A stretch of DNA of 64,000 nucleotides, from contig OZ241892.1 in assembly GCA_965203485.1 (NCBI GenBank), forward strand, positions 1,920,001 through 1,984,000. The letters are read 5' to 3'. Positions within the stretch are counted from its first letter, which is position 1. Each line of letters opens with the position of its first letter. The position numbers and the translations under genes are program-made. The DNA is from Longimicrobiales bacterium (GTDB taxonomy: Bacteria; Gemmatimonadota; Gemmatimonadetes; Longimicrobiales; Gaopeijiaceae). Positions 1-9,800 of the stretch are shown one piece after another. The notes beneath the pieces are model-generated. The model did not search any database and was not told the origin of the DNA. It worked only from the letters and a program-made list of their open reading frames with translations.

Positions 1-486
1 GCCCTTGCCCATCAGCGTCGCAAGCGCCATTCCATGGATGTTGCCGCTGGGCGTGGTTTCGGGGCGGTTCATGTCGGCGTGCGCGTCCACCCAGAGCACG
101 CCGATCTTCTTGCGCCGCTCGCGGAAGTGGTCGGCAACGCCCCCAACCGACCCGATCGAAAGGGAGTGGTCGCCGCCCAACGCCAGCGGCATCTGGCCCC
201 GATCGAGCGTGCGCGCGACCAGGAATCTCGTGCGCGCCGCCACCCGCGCCACTTCGTCCGCGAAGCGCAACGAGGGGTCCCCGGGGTCGGTCGTCTCGAA
301 TCCCCCGGCGGTCACAGCGCCTGCTTCCTGCACGGTGCAACCCGCCGACTCGACCCGTCCGGCGATGTCCGCGATTCGCAGGGCCGACGGCCCCATGTCC
401 ACGCCCCGGCGCCCGGCGCCCAAATCGATGGAAACCGAGATCAGGGCGACGCAGCGAGAACCCTCTCTTTGCGCGAGACCGTCCAT
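1..486 (-). CDS. rocF: Arginase, 3' part runs off the window edge
   Basis: Manual minus-strand translation from ATG at 486 gives DLGAGRRGVDMGPSALR, GGDHSLSIGS and WVDAHADMNRPETTPSGNIHGMALA, which are ureohydrolase/arginase Mn-binding motifs. Not in the ORF track because there is no stop inside the window. Confidence 0.92.
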   Translation of the reverse strand, partial: MDGLAQREGSRCVALISVSIDLGAGRRGVDMGPSALRIADIAGRVESAGCTVQEAGAVTAGGFETTDPGDPSLRFADEVARVAARTRFLVARTLDRGQMPLALGGDHSLSIGSVGGVADHFRERRKKIGVLWVDAHADMNRPETTPSGNIHGMALATLMGKG

Positions 487-551
487 AGCGCCCAAATGTC
501 GGTTGGTCGCCCGGCCAAGTCCACCGTACGGCGACCCTGTCGTGTCGCGCG

Positions 552-944
552 GTGGCCCACGGGTTGCGGGGCCGCCTGTCGAACCGGGCTCACGCGCCTC
601 AGGTGCGCGAGCAGGTGTTGGCACTGGCGGCGGAGCCACTCTACGCGGGCACCGACCCGCGCGACGCGCATCGTCCGTTGCCGCCGGGGATCGACCTCGA
701 GGCGTTGTTCGCCGAGACGGAGACGCGGGTCGTCGGACGCGACTGCACGGTGCGCTGGAAGAACGGCTTCTGGCAGATTCCCGAAGCGCAGGCTCGGGCG
801 GCTGGCGTGCGGCCCGGGCTGCGGATCGTCGTCGAGCAACGTCTGTCGGGCGACCCGCGCTTCCGCCGCGGAGGGGCCGAATGACCCCACGACCGGACTT
901 TTCCACTGCGCTCCACCCCTGGACATTTCTATTGCGGTTTGACA
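552..944 (+). mobile_element. Internally deleted ISNCY (IS1202-like) insertion sequence remnant
   Basis: ORF 552-884 joins an N-terminal ISNCY-like segment (HGLRGRLSNR...EQVLAL) directly to a C-terminal segment (DAHRPLP..DLEALF..ETRVVGRDCTVRWKNGFWQI). The DDE core is absent. A right end terminating in TGACA follows at 944. Confidence 0.7.
895..944 (+). repeat. IS right-end terminal sequence with two sub-terminal repeats
   Basis: GGACTTTTCCACTGCGC (895-911) and GGACATTTCTATTGCGG (921-937), followed by TTTGACA (TGT-ended element on the reverse strand). Confidence 0.65.
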
Positions 945-996
945 CTCCAGACCACCCGCTCTTGCGGGGCTTGCGTGGATGTATGATCATTGAACA

Positions 997-1530
997 ATGC
1001 GACATCGACACCAGAAGAGCTGGCACGACGCCGCCGACCACAAGCATTGGGAAACGGCCTACTTTACGGCGGGAGGGCCGGTCGCTCCGACGCGGGACGG
1101 GGGCCTTCTTTTCTCGGCCAAGGCGCCGTTCAGAATCACGCGGTACGCGGACCTGGACGGCACCGGAGCCCAGCTGGTCGTGGAAGACGAGCGCATCGTG
1201 TCGTCGTCGGAGCGGGACCGAGCCGTGACGTACGGCCCAGGGGCGAAAAAGATGTTCAGGCAGACGTGGAGCAGGTCCTCGTTCCTTCACGAGCTGGAGG
1301 ACGGCGCCATCCTCAATGTGGTGGAGTTGTTCCCCGAGGAGGGCAGTTCGTCCAGCTTGTGGATCGTCGTGTCTCCCGACGGCGCCATCTTGGCGCGCAC
1401 GCCCGTGGCCAAGCGGTACACGGTTTGGAACGCGACCCCGGACGGCCACTTCCTCGCGACCTACTGGGACAAGGCGTCGCTCCAGGACTTCGCGGCCAAG
1501 CTGAAGGTGGAGGTCTTGCAGTCGCGATGA
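997..1530 (+). pseudogene. C-terminal fragment of a 6-bladed beta-propeller-like protein, N-terminus missing
   Basis: 177 aa with propeller-like strands (GGLLFSAKAPFRITRY, WIVVSPDGAILAR) and no signal peptide. Starts just after the IS end and overlaps the next gene by ATGA. Confidence 0.5.
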
Positions 1531-2795
1531 CCGTCCGGCCGTCGCAAGCGACCACGACGACGAGCACGAGCGCCACGAGGGTCCGCTGGACCTTGGTGGC
1601 GGCGGTCATGGCGGCCGGTTGCTACGGGCCGGACGAATCGGCGGCCCCGGCGGCTCGCCTCGCGACGGTCTTCGACACCGTGGGCACATGGGTTCGGGTC
1701 TCGAACTCGGGTGCGGCGCCGGAGTGGAACTTGACTTTGGTCGCGTCCATCGGCCCCGGGCCCGACATGGGCGAGGCCACGCCAGGCGACTTCGGCGAGG
1801 CTGTCAGCGTGGCGCTGGACCCCGGCGAAGACGAGGTGTACGTCGTCGACCGGCAGAACTGCCGGATCAGTGTCTTCGGAGTGGACGGAATCCACCGTCG
1901 CACCTTCGGCCGATGCGGGGAGGGTCCAGGAGAGTTCTCGCCTTTCTTCTACTCGATCGCATGGGCCGGCGACAAGCTGCTGGCCTTTGATTTCGGCGGA
2001 GGCCGCATCGGCGAGTTCACAGCGGACGGGGAATGGCTGGGGCAACGAAAGGTGTTGGGGATGATGGGCGGTGGATCGACGTTCGCGCTCTACCCGGCCG
2101 GGTCGGGGCACGTGTACGCCATGTCGCTCACCGGCGGCCACGACGACGAATCGAACCAGTTCGGCGGCAGAAGGCTCGCTTCCGCGTACTTGGGGCATGC
2201 CGCCGCGGGAGAGACTGCCGACACCGTCTTCCCGCTCTCGCCGCCGGAGACTTCGGGCAACGTGACATGCGAATGGGGCGAGGGATACCTCGGCTTCTTC
2301 GCCAATCCCTATGCGGCCGGCTTCCTTCAGCATCCCGCCGCCGGAGGCACGCTCTACTCGGCCATGTCCGACGAGTACCGCGTCGTCGTCACCCGCGGAA
2401 GCGACACGTTGCGAGTGATCGAGCGTGAACTGGCCCCCGAGCCCGTCTCCGACGAAGAATGGGACGCGCTCTCGGACCGGTTCGGCGCGTGGCTGGACGA
2501 CAAGCCCGGCGCCTCCTGCCAACCCCGCAGCCCGGGGCGGCCTTCGGCCAAGCCCTTCTTGGAAGGCGTCTTCTTCGACGTCGCGGGACGCCTGTGGGTC
2601 GAAGTGGCGCGCACAGGCGGCAACCGTTGGGAGCTGTTCGACGCCGAAGGCAGGCTGCTGGCCCAAATGCCCGCCGGCAAACGCAAGAAGGCCGCGTTGC
2701 CCGCCCTTGGCGCCGGCCATGTGGCGACCATCCGACAGGACAGCCTCGACTTGGATCACGTGGACATTTGGCGAATCGAGGCGCCGACGCGATAG
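1527..2795 (+). CDS. 6-bladed beta-propeller (NHL-like) lipoprotein
   Basis: Lipobox-like MAAGC; VYVVDRQNCRISVFGVDG..RTFGRCGEGPGEF; FFDVAGRLWV; C-terminal RQDSLDLDHVDIWRI. True start is the ATG at 1527, not 990. Confidence 0.8.
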   Translation: MTVRPSQATTTTSTSATRVRWTLVAAVMAAGCYGPDESAAPAARLATVFDTVGTWVRVSNSGAAPEWNLTLVASIGPGPDMGEATPGDFGEAVSVALDPGEDEVYVVDRQNCRISVFGVDGIHRRTFGRCGEGPGEFSPFFYSIAWAGDKLLAFDFGGGRIGEFTADGEWLGQRKVLGMMGGGSTFALYPAGSGHVYAMSLTGGHDDESNQFGGRRLASAYLGHAAAGETADTVFPLSPPETSGNVTCEWGEGYLGFFANPYAAGFLQHPAAGGTLYSAMSDEYRVVVTRGSDTLRVIERELAPEPVSDEEWDALSDRFGAWLDDKPGASCQPRSPGRPSAKPFLEGVFFDVAGRLWVEVARTGGNRWELFDAEGRLLAQMPAGKRKKAALPALGAGHVATIRQDSLDLDHVDIWRIEAPTR

Positions 2796-2802
2796 GGCGA
2801 AA

Positions 2803-2886
2803 TGCCGGGGGCGGGGCTCGAACCCGCAAGGGATTTCTCCCGGGGGATTTTAAGTCCCCTGTGTTTGCCGATTTCACCACCCCGGC
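2803..2886 (-). tRNA. tRNA-Leu (anticodon TAA), CCA not encoded
   Basis: Reverse complement GCCGGGGTGGTGAAATCGGCAAACACAGGGGACTTAAAATCCCCCGGGAGAAATCCCTTGCGGGTTCGAGCCCCGCCCCCGGCA has the anticodon arm GGGGA-CTTAAAA-TCCCC, a long variable arm and a GTTCGAG T-loop. Confidence 0.96.
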
Positions 2887-3426
2887 GGGCATCGCGAAGG
2901 TCCGGCGAGGCGGATCGGGCGTCGGCGAGGCCGCGACGGAGCTTGCCAGCATTGCAGGCAGGCCTCTTGAAGGGATTCGCGGGGTCGGCCGACGATCGCC
3001 CTCGCCTTTCTGCACAATAGCCCTTGTCCGACGCCAAAGCCACCACCGTCGGAGCGACGGCGGCCAACTTCACGCCCCGAAAACAGGCGCACGCAAGCAA
3101 CGGTCCACCCTCTGTGCCCCGCCACGCCGTGCTCCGGACTGTTCCGGACTGTCTCGGCCCCTGAAGACCCAGTGCCCAAGCTTCCCCTTGCGAAGCGAGG
3201 CACGCTTGCGATGCAGGGGCGGCCAGCCTCGCCTCCCAGGGACGGCTTCGCACAGCGCCATTCAGCGGCGCGCTGGGAACGGCCCGTAGCTTGAGCATGT
3301 GTCCGGTAGTAGTTTCTGTTGGTCGCGCCTTCCCCGCCGGGAATGCGGCAAACGGGCGATTTCGCCCTTCTCCGATCAGCCCGCCGGGCCGCGACAGCGT
3401 TTTCAGCCATCGAATGGAGTCGGTGC

Positions 3427-6400
3427 ATGCGTATTTTCGACCGCGGCCCACTGGCGGCCGCATTGCTCGCGCTTTCCCCCTTTGCCGCGACGGCGCAGGA
3501 CGAGGACCTCGATCCCGACCGCGGCCTTCCCCTGGAGCCGACGCGCTGGGCCCGGTTCACCACGAGCGAAGGAACGTGGATCTCCCTCGACGTGAGCCCC
3601 GACGGCGGCACGATCGCCTTCGACCTCTTGGGCGACCTGTACACAATGCCCGCGGAGGGCGGCGATGCGACCCGCCTGACGAGCGGCCTGCCCCACGACA
3701 TGCAGCCGCGCTTCAGTCCGGACGGCGGCACGATCGCCTTCGTGTCCGACCGCAGCGGCGACAACAACGTCTGGCTGATCCCGGCGGACGGCGGCGAGCC
3801 GCGCCAACTGAGCAAGGGCGTGGGCAGTCGCTTTCTGTCGCCCGAATGGATGCCCGACGGCAAGTACGTGGTCGTGTCGCGCGCCGCGCCGCGCGCCGGA
3901 CTCGAGAAGCTGTGGCTGTACCACGTGGACGGCGGCACCGGCTTGGAGATGGTCGGAGGAGCCGGCGCCCAGCGCCTCCTGGGGCCCGCCGTGGGTCCGG
4001 AGGGACGCTACGTCTGGTACGCGCAACGCCGGGGCACCTGGAGCTACAACGCCATTTTCCCGCAGTACCAGCTCTGGATGTACGACCGCCGCACGGGCAC
4101 CCGGACGCCCGCCACGAGCCGCTACGGCTCCGCGTTCCGGCCGGCTGTCTCGCCCGACGGCAAGTTGCTCGCCTACGGCAGCCGCGAGGACGCCGACACG
4201 GGCATCCGCCTGCGCGACTTGGCGTCGGGGGACGAGCGCTGGCTCGCCTATCCCGTGCAACGCGACGACAAGGAGTCCACCGCCAACATGGACGTTCTCC
4301 CGGGCTACGCGTTCACGCCGGAGTCGGACGCGCTGGTCTTGTCGTACGGGGGGGGCATCTGGAGAGTCCCGGTGGACGGCGGCGAGCCGACCGAGATCCC
4401 CTTCACCGTCGAGGCCGAGGTGGCCGTCGGCCCGGAAGTGGAGTTCGAGTATCCCATCGAGGACACGCCGACGTTCACCGTCAAGCAGATCCGCAACGCC
4501 CGGCCCTCGCCGGACGGAAGCCGCATCGCGTTCGTGGCGCTCGACAGACTCTACGCGGCGACGTTGCCGGACGGAACGCCGGAGCGCCTCACGAGCGACG
4601 AGACGGGCGAGTTCGAGCCCGCGTGGTCGCCCGACGGCCGCTGGGTGGCCTACGTCACCTGGGACGACGACGCGGGCGAGGGGCACGTCCGGCGCGTCTC
4701 GGCGGACGGCGGACGGGCCGCGACGCTGACGACCGCGCCCGCCTACTACCGGCAACTGGCATGGTCGCCGGACGGCGAGCGGATCGTGGCCGCGCGCTCG
4801 GCGCGCCGCAACCTGGAAGAAGCGATCGAGCCGTTCGGGTACGACCTGGACCCGTACTTCGTGTGGATTCCGGCTTCGGGCGGCGCGGCGACCGTCATCG
4901 GTCCCACCGCCGGCCGCCGCAATCCGCACTTCACCACCGATTCCGACCGCATCTACTACTACGGCGCCGGGCGAGCGGCGCCGGTGCCGGGCTCGCCGGT
5001 CGCGCCCCCTCCCACGCTGGCGCTGAGCTCGGCTCGCTGGGACGACACCGACGCCAAGCTTCACTTGCGCGTCACGGCGCGCATCGACGTGGACGCGGGC
5101 AGCGTGGCGCCGGGCTACAAGCTCTCGCCGGAGTCCGGGCTCGTCATGCCGGAGGAGTTCGGCGACGAGCAGCCGCGCGAACTGGTGCCGCGGCGCTCGG
5201 CGGGCCTCGTGACGATGGCGCCCTCCGGCGACCAAGCGCTGGCCCAGGTGGGCGCCAACCTCTACGCGGTGACCGTGCCGGACCTGGGCGCGACGTTGCC
5301 GGTGGTGGACGTGTTCAAGCCGGACTCCGCCGCCGTGCCGGTGCGCAAGCTGAACGAACTCGGCGTGGAGTTCCCCGCTTGGGGAGCCGACGGACGAACG
5401 ATCCACTGGTCGCTTGGCAACGCGCTGTTCACCTACGACTTGGACGCGGCGGCCGACGACGCGGACTACGAGGCCGCCGAGCAACGGATACATGTCGAGG
5501 CGCCTCGCGACGTGCCCGAGGGCGTAGTGGTCCTGCGCGGCGCCACGGCGATCACCATGAACGGCGACGAAGTCGTGCGCAACGCCGACGTCGTGGTCGA
5601 GAACAACCGCATCCGGTCCGTCTCGGCAGGCCCGGGCGGCGTGCCCGAGGGAGCGAGCGTGATCGACGTGTCCGGCAAGACGATCGTGCCCGGCTTCGTG
5701 GACACCCACGCGCACATGTGGAATCTGTGGGGGCTGCACTGGGCCCGGCCTTGGATCTACTTGGCCAACTTGGCCTACGGCGTGACCACGACCCGCGACC
5801 CGCAGACGGCCACGACCGACGTGCTGTCGTACGAGGACATGGTGCGGGCCGGGAAGATCACCGGCCCGCGAGTCTACCACACCGGGCCGGGCGTGTTTTC
5901 CAGCGACGCGGTGCGGAGCTACGAGCACGCGCTCGACGTGCTTCGCAAGTACAGCGACTACTACGACACCAAGACGTTCAAGATGTACATGTCGGGCAAC
6001 AGGCGGCAACGACAGTGGCTGATCATGGCGGCGCGCGAGCTGGAGCTGATGCCCACCACCGAGGGCGGACTGGACTACCGGCTGAACATGACCCACGCCA
6101 TGGACGGCTATCCGGGCATCGAGCACTCGTTGCCCATCGTGCCGGCCTACCGCGACGTGGTGGAGCTCTTCGCCGAATCGGGGACCGTCAACTCGCCCAC
6201 GTTGCTTGTGACCTACGGCGGCCCTTGGGCGGAGAACTACTTCTACACGCGCGAGGACGTGTTCGGGGACGAGAAGCTGCTCCACTTCACGCCCAAGCGG
6301 GAACTCGACTTCAAGGCGCGGCGGTTGCAGACGACGGGGCCGGGGCCGGCCGGCTGGTTCATGGAAGAGGAGTACGCGATCGAGAAGCACTCGGGATGGT

Positions 6401-6801
6401 TGGTCGAACTCGTGGAAGGCGGCGGAAAGACGGGCGTGGGGAGCCACGGCCAGCTTCAGGGACTGGGATATCACTGGGAGCTGTGGGCGCTCCAGAGCGG
6501 CGGAATGGACGAGCACGACGCGCTTCGGGCCGCCACGATCATGGGCGCCGAGGCGATCGGGCTGGGCCGCGACCTGGGATCGCTGGAACCCGGCAAGCTC
6601 GCGGACCTCGTGATTCTGGACGCGAGTCCGCTGGACGACATCCGCAACACGAACGCGATCGACAGAGTGATGATGAACGGACGCTTGTACGACGGCGACA
6701 CGCTGGACGAGCTGTGGCCGCGGCGGAGACCGGCGCCGGCGGAGCCGTGGAGGAACACGGCCCCCGACGTGCGGGCCGGCATCAGGGGAGACGACCGATG
6801 A
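3427..6801 (+). CDS. Secreted amidohydrolase with TolB-like (PD40) beta-propeller repeats, paralog 1
   Basis: Signal peptide (LAAALLALSPFAATAQ); repeated SPDG/WSPDG motifs; PGFVDTHAH; GVTTTRDP; GSHGQLQGLGYHWE; GSLEPGKLADLVIL. Confidence 0.9.
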   Translation: MRIFDRGPLAAALLALSPFAATAQDEDLDPDRGLPLEPTRWARFTTSEGTWISLDVSPDGGTIAFDLLGDLYTMPAEGGDATRLTSGLPHDMQPRFSPDGGTIAFVSDRSGDNNVWLIPADGGEPRQLSKGVGSRFLSPEWMPDGKYVVVSRAAPRAGLEKLWLYHVDGGTGLEMVGGAGAQRLLGPAVGPEGRYVWYAQRRGTWSYNAIFPQYQLWMYDRRTGTRTPATSRYGSAFRPAVSPDGKLLAYGSREDADTGIRLRDLASGDERWLAYPVQRDDKESTANMDVLPGYAFTPESDALVLSYGGGIWRVPVDGGEPTEIPFTVEAEVAVGPEVEFEYPIEDTPTFTVKQIRNARPSPDGSRIAFVALDRLYAATLPDGTPERLTSDETGEFEPAWSPDGRWVAYVTWDDDAGEGHVRRVSADGGRAATLTTAPAYYRQLAWSPDGERIVAARSARRNLEEAIEPFGYDLDPYFVWIPASGGAATVIGPTAGRRNPHFTTDSDRIYYYGAGRAAPVPGSPVAPPPTLALSSARWDDTDAKLHLRVTARIDVDAGSVAPGYKLSPESGLVMPEEFGDEQPRELVPRRSAGLVTMAPSGDQALAQVGANLYAVTVPDLGATLPVVDVFKPDSAAVPVRKLNELGVEFPAWGADGRTIHWSLGNALFTYDLDAAADDADYEAAEQRIHVEAPRDVPEGVVVLRGATAITMNGDEVVRNADVVVENNRIRSVSAGPGGVPEGASVIDVSGKTIVPGFVDTHAHMWNLWGLHWARPWIYLANLAYGVTTTRDPQTATTDVLSYEDMVRAGKITGPRVYHTGPGVFSSDAVRSYEHALDVLRKYSDYYDTKTFKMYMSGNRRQRQWLIMAARELELMPTTEGGLDYRLNMTHAMDGYPGIEHSLPIVPAYRDVVELFAESGTVNSPTLLVTYGGPWAENYFYTREDVFGDEKLLHFTPKRELDFKARRLQTTGPGPAGWFMEEEYAIEKHSGWLVELVEGGGKTGVGSHGQLQGLGYHWELWALQSGGMDEHDALRAATIMGAEAIGLGRDLGSLEPGKLADLVILDASPLDDIRNTNAIDRVMMNGRLYDGDTLDELWPRRRPAPAEPWRNTAPDVRAGIRGDDR

Positions 6802-9800
6802 GCGGCGGCGAAGGGCGCGCATGGACACGGAAGGCCGCGGCGCTGGCCGTTCTGGCGGCCGCGTGCTGGCCGGCGGCCGGCGAGGCCCAGGGCCCGCGGC
6901 GAAGCGAGAATCCGCTGCCGTTGCGAGCGGACCGCACCGCCGAATTCACGGCCACCGAGGGCACGTGGATATCGCTGGACGTGAGCCCGGACGGACAGAC
7001 GATCGTGTTCGACCTGCTGGGCGATCTCTACACCGTGCCGGTCGGCGGCGGCGAAGCGTCGCCGCTGCTCGTCGGCATGGCGTACGAGACGCAGCCCCGG
7101 TTCAGCCCGGACGGCGAGACGGTCGCGTTCGTGTCGGACCGCAGCGGCGGCGACAACCTCTGGACGATGCGGCTGGACAAAACGGACACCACCCAGGTGT
7201 CGCGCGGGAACGGCAATCTGTTCCTCTCGCCCGAGTGGGCGCCCGACGGCGACTACATCGCGGTCAGCCGCTCGCCGGGACTGGGCGGCTCGGCCAAGCT
7301 GTTCCTGTACCACGCGGAGCGCGGCTCTCCGCTCGCCGTGGGCAACCACGCGGGCACGGTCAAGATGATCGGCGCGGCATTCAGCCCGGACGGCCGCCAC
7401 GTCTGGTACGCGCGCTCCTTCGGCGACTGGGAGTACAACGCGGTGCTGCCGCGCTACCAGCTGGCCCGCTACGACCGCGAGACCGGCACGACCACCACGG
7501 CCACGAACCGCTACGGTTCCGCCATGCGTCCCGCCGTGTCGCCCGACGGGCGCTGGCTCGTCTACGCGACCCGCTACGATGCCGACACGGGACTGCGCAA
7601 GCGCGACCTGGAGAGCGGCGACGAGGAGTGGCTGGCCTACCCCGTCCAACGCGACGAGCAGGAGTCGCGCGCGCCGCTCGACGTGATGCCCGGCTACGCC
7701 TTCCTGCCGGACGGATCGGCGATCGTGGTCTCGTACGGCGGCAAGATCTGGAACGTGCCGATGGACGGCAGCGACCCGGCTGAAGTCGCGTTCGAGGCGC
7801 CGGTCGAGCTGGCCGTCGGCCCGGAGGTCAAGTTCGGCTACCAGTTCGACACAACCGCCATGGTGACGGCCAGCCAGATTCGCAACCCCGTGGCGTCGCC
7901 CGACGGGAGCAGAGTCGCCTTCACGGCCTTCGACCGCGTATGGACCAAGAGCATGGACGACGCGGACGCCGAGGCGCAGCGGCTCACGGAAGCCGACGTG
8001 GGCGAGTTTCACCCGCAGTGGTCTCCGGACGGCCGGTGGATCGCCTATGCGACGTGGGACGACTCCGACGGCGGCCACCTCATGAAGGCGCCCGCGGGAG
8101 GCGGCGCTCCAGTGCGGCTCACGGCGGCGGCGGCGCTGTATTACAACGTGGCGTGGTCGCCGGGCGGCGACCGCATCGTCGCGTCGCGGGGAGCGGCCCG
8201 GCAGCTCAAGGAGGCGTCGGGGGCGTTCTTCGGCCCCTTGGGCGGCGAGTTCGTGTGGGTTCCGTCCGAGGGAGCGGCGCCTGTCGAAGCCACGTTGATT
8301 TCTCCGACGGGCTTGCGCGACGCGGCCCATTTCGTCCAGGACGATCCCGACCGCATCTACGCCTACAGCCCCGTCGAGGGCCTAGTCTCGTTTCGGTGGG
8401 ACGGCACGGACGTGGAACGCCATTTGGTCGTGCGCGGCCGCCAAGGCCTCGCCGGGATCGGCGATCCTCACGGCGACGCGTGGGAGTATCTGCCGCGACG
8501 CGTCTTCCCGTGGCGCAAGCGGCCCGCGGGCACGGGCACACCCGCCGACGGAGACGTGGACCCGCCGGCCGAGCCCGGCGGCATCGCGCCGGCCGGACTG
8601 ATCATGGCGTCGCCCCAGGGCGGCCGCGCCTTCGTGCAGATCGGGCGCGACGTCTACGTCGTCGAGTTGGCCGAACTGGGCGAGAGTCCGCCGACGGTCA
8701 ACCTGGTTAACCTGGGCGCGTCCCCATTGCCGGTGCGCAAGCTGACCGGCATCGGCGGCGAGTTCCCCTCGTGGGCGGCGGACGGCGGCTCGGTCCATTG
8801 GGCGATGGGCGCCGTGCTCTTCAGCTACGATCTGCAGGAAGTGGAGGCCGAGGAAGCCGAGGAAGAGGAGACGGCGCACGCCCGCGCGCTGTTGCGGGTG
8901 AGGGCCGCCGCCGTGTCCGACACGCTCGAGGACAAGCGGGCCGAGGCGGACAGCCTGGAGAAGGCGGGCGAAGACGTGCCCGAGGAGCTTGAAGACGAGA
9001 TCCGCAGGCTGGCGGCGGATTCCGTGCAGGTGGGGGCGGACTCGCTGGCGGCGCGCGCGGACTCGATCCGCATGGCGGCCGAAGAGCTGGCCGAGAAGGC
9101 CGCAGCGGTGAGGGACGGCGACGACGAGGCGCTTGCCGATTCGACCGAGACCTACGAGGCGCGCGAACGAAAGATCGAAGCCAAGATGCCGAGGGACGTG
9201 CCGCGAGGCACGATCGCGTTGCGCGGAGGGCGCGTCGTCACGATGGCCTCGCCTCCCGAGGGCGACTCCACCGGCGAACCGCATGTGATCGAGAACGGCG
9301 TCGTCGTGGTCGAAGACAACCGCATCGTCGCCGTCGGCCCGGCCGACTCCGTGGAGATCCCCGACAGCGCGCAGGTCGTCGACGTGTCCGGAAAGACGCT
9401 GGCGCCCGGCTACGTGGACACGCACTACCACGCGCAGTGGCTGGTGCCGGAGATCCACCCGGAGGAAGTCTGGCAGTACCTGTCCACGCTGTCCTACGGC
9501 GTGACGACCACGCGCGATCCGCAGACCGCGTCCACCGACATCTTGAGCTACGCCGACCGGGTGAACACCGGAGGCATGACGGGGCCGCGCATCTACTCCA
9601 CCGGCCCCGGCGTCTTCCTTGGCGAGAACATTCGCGACGCCGACCACGCCAAGTCGGTCCTGCGCCGGTACGCGCAGTACTTCGACACGAAGACGATCAA
9701 GATGTACATGACGGGCAACCGGCAGCAGCGGCAGTGGATCATTCAAGCCGCCCGCGAACTCGAGCTGATGCCCACCACCGAGGGCGGACTCGACTTCAAG

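Noticed and set aside
939..987. TTGACA at the IS end as a hybrid promoter with TATGAT at 982
   Set aside because: Spacing is 37 nt, far from 16-18.
2803..2886. bldA-like developmental control by the rare TTA-reading tRNA
   Set aside because: This tRNA is a standard part of bacterial tRNA sets, and nothing in the window supports regulated use.
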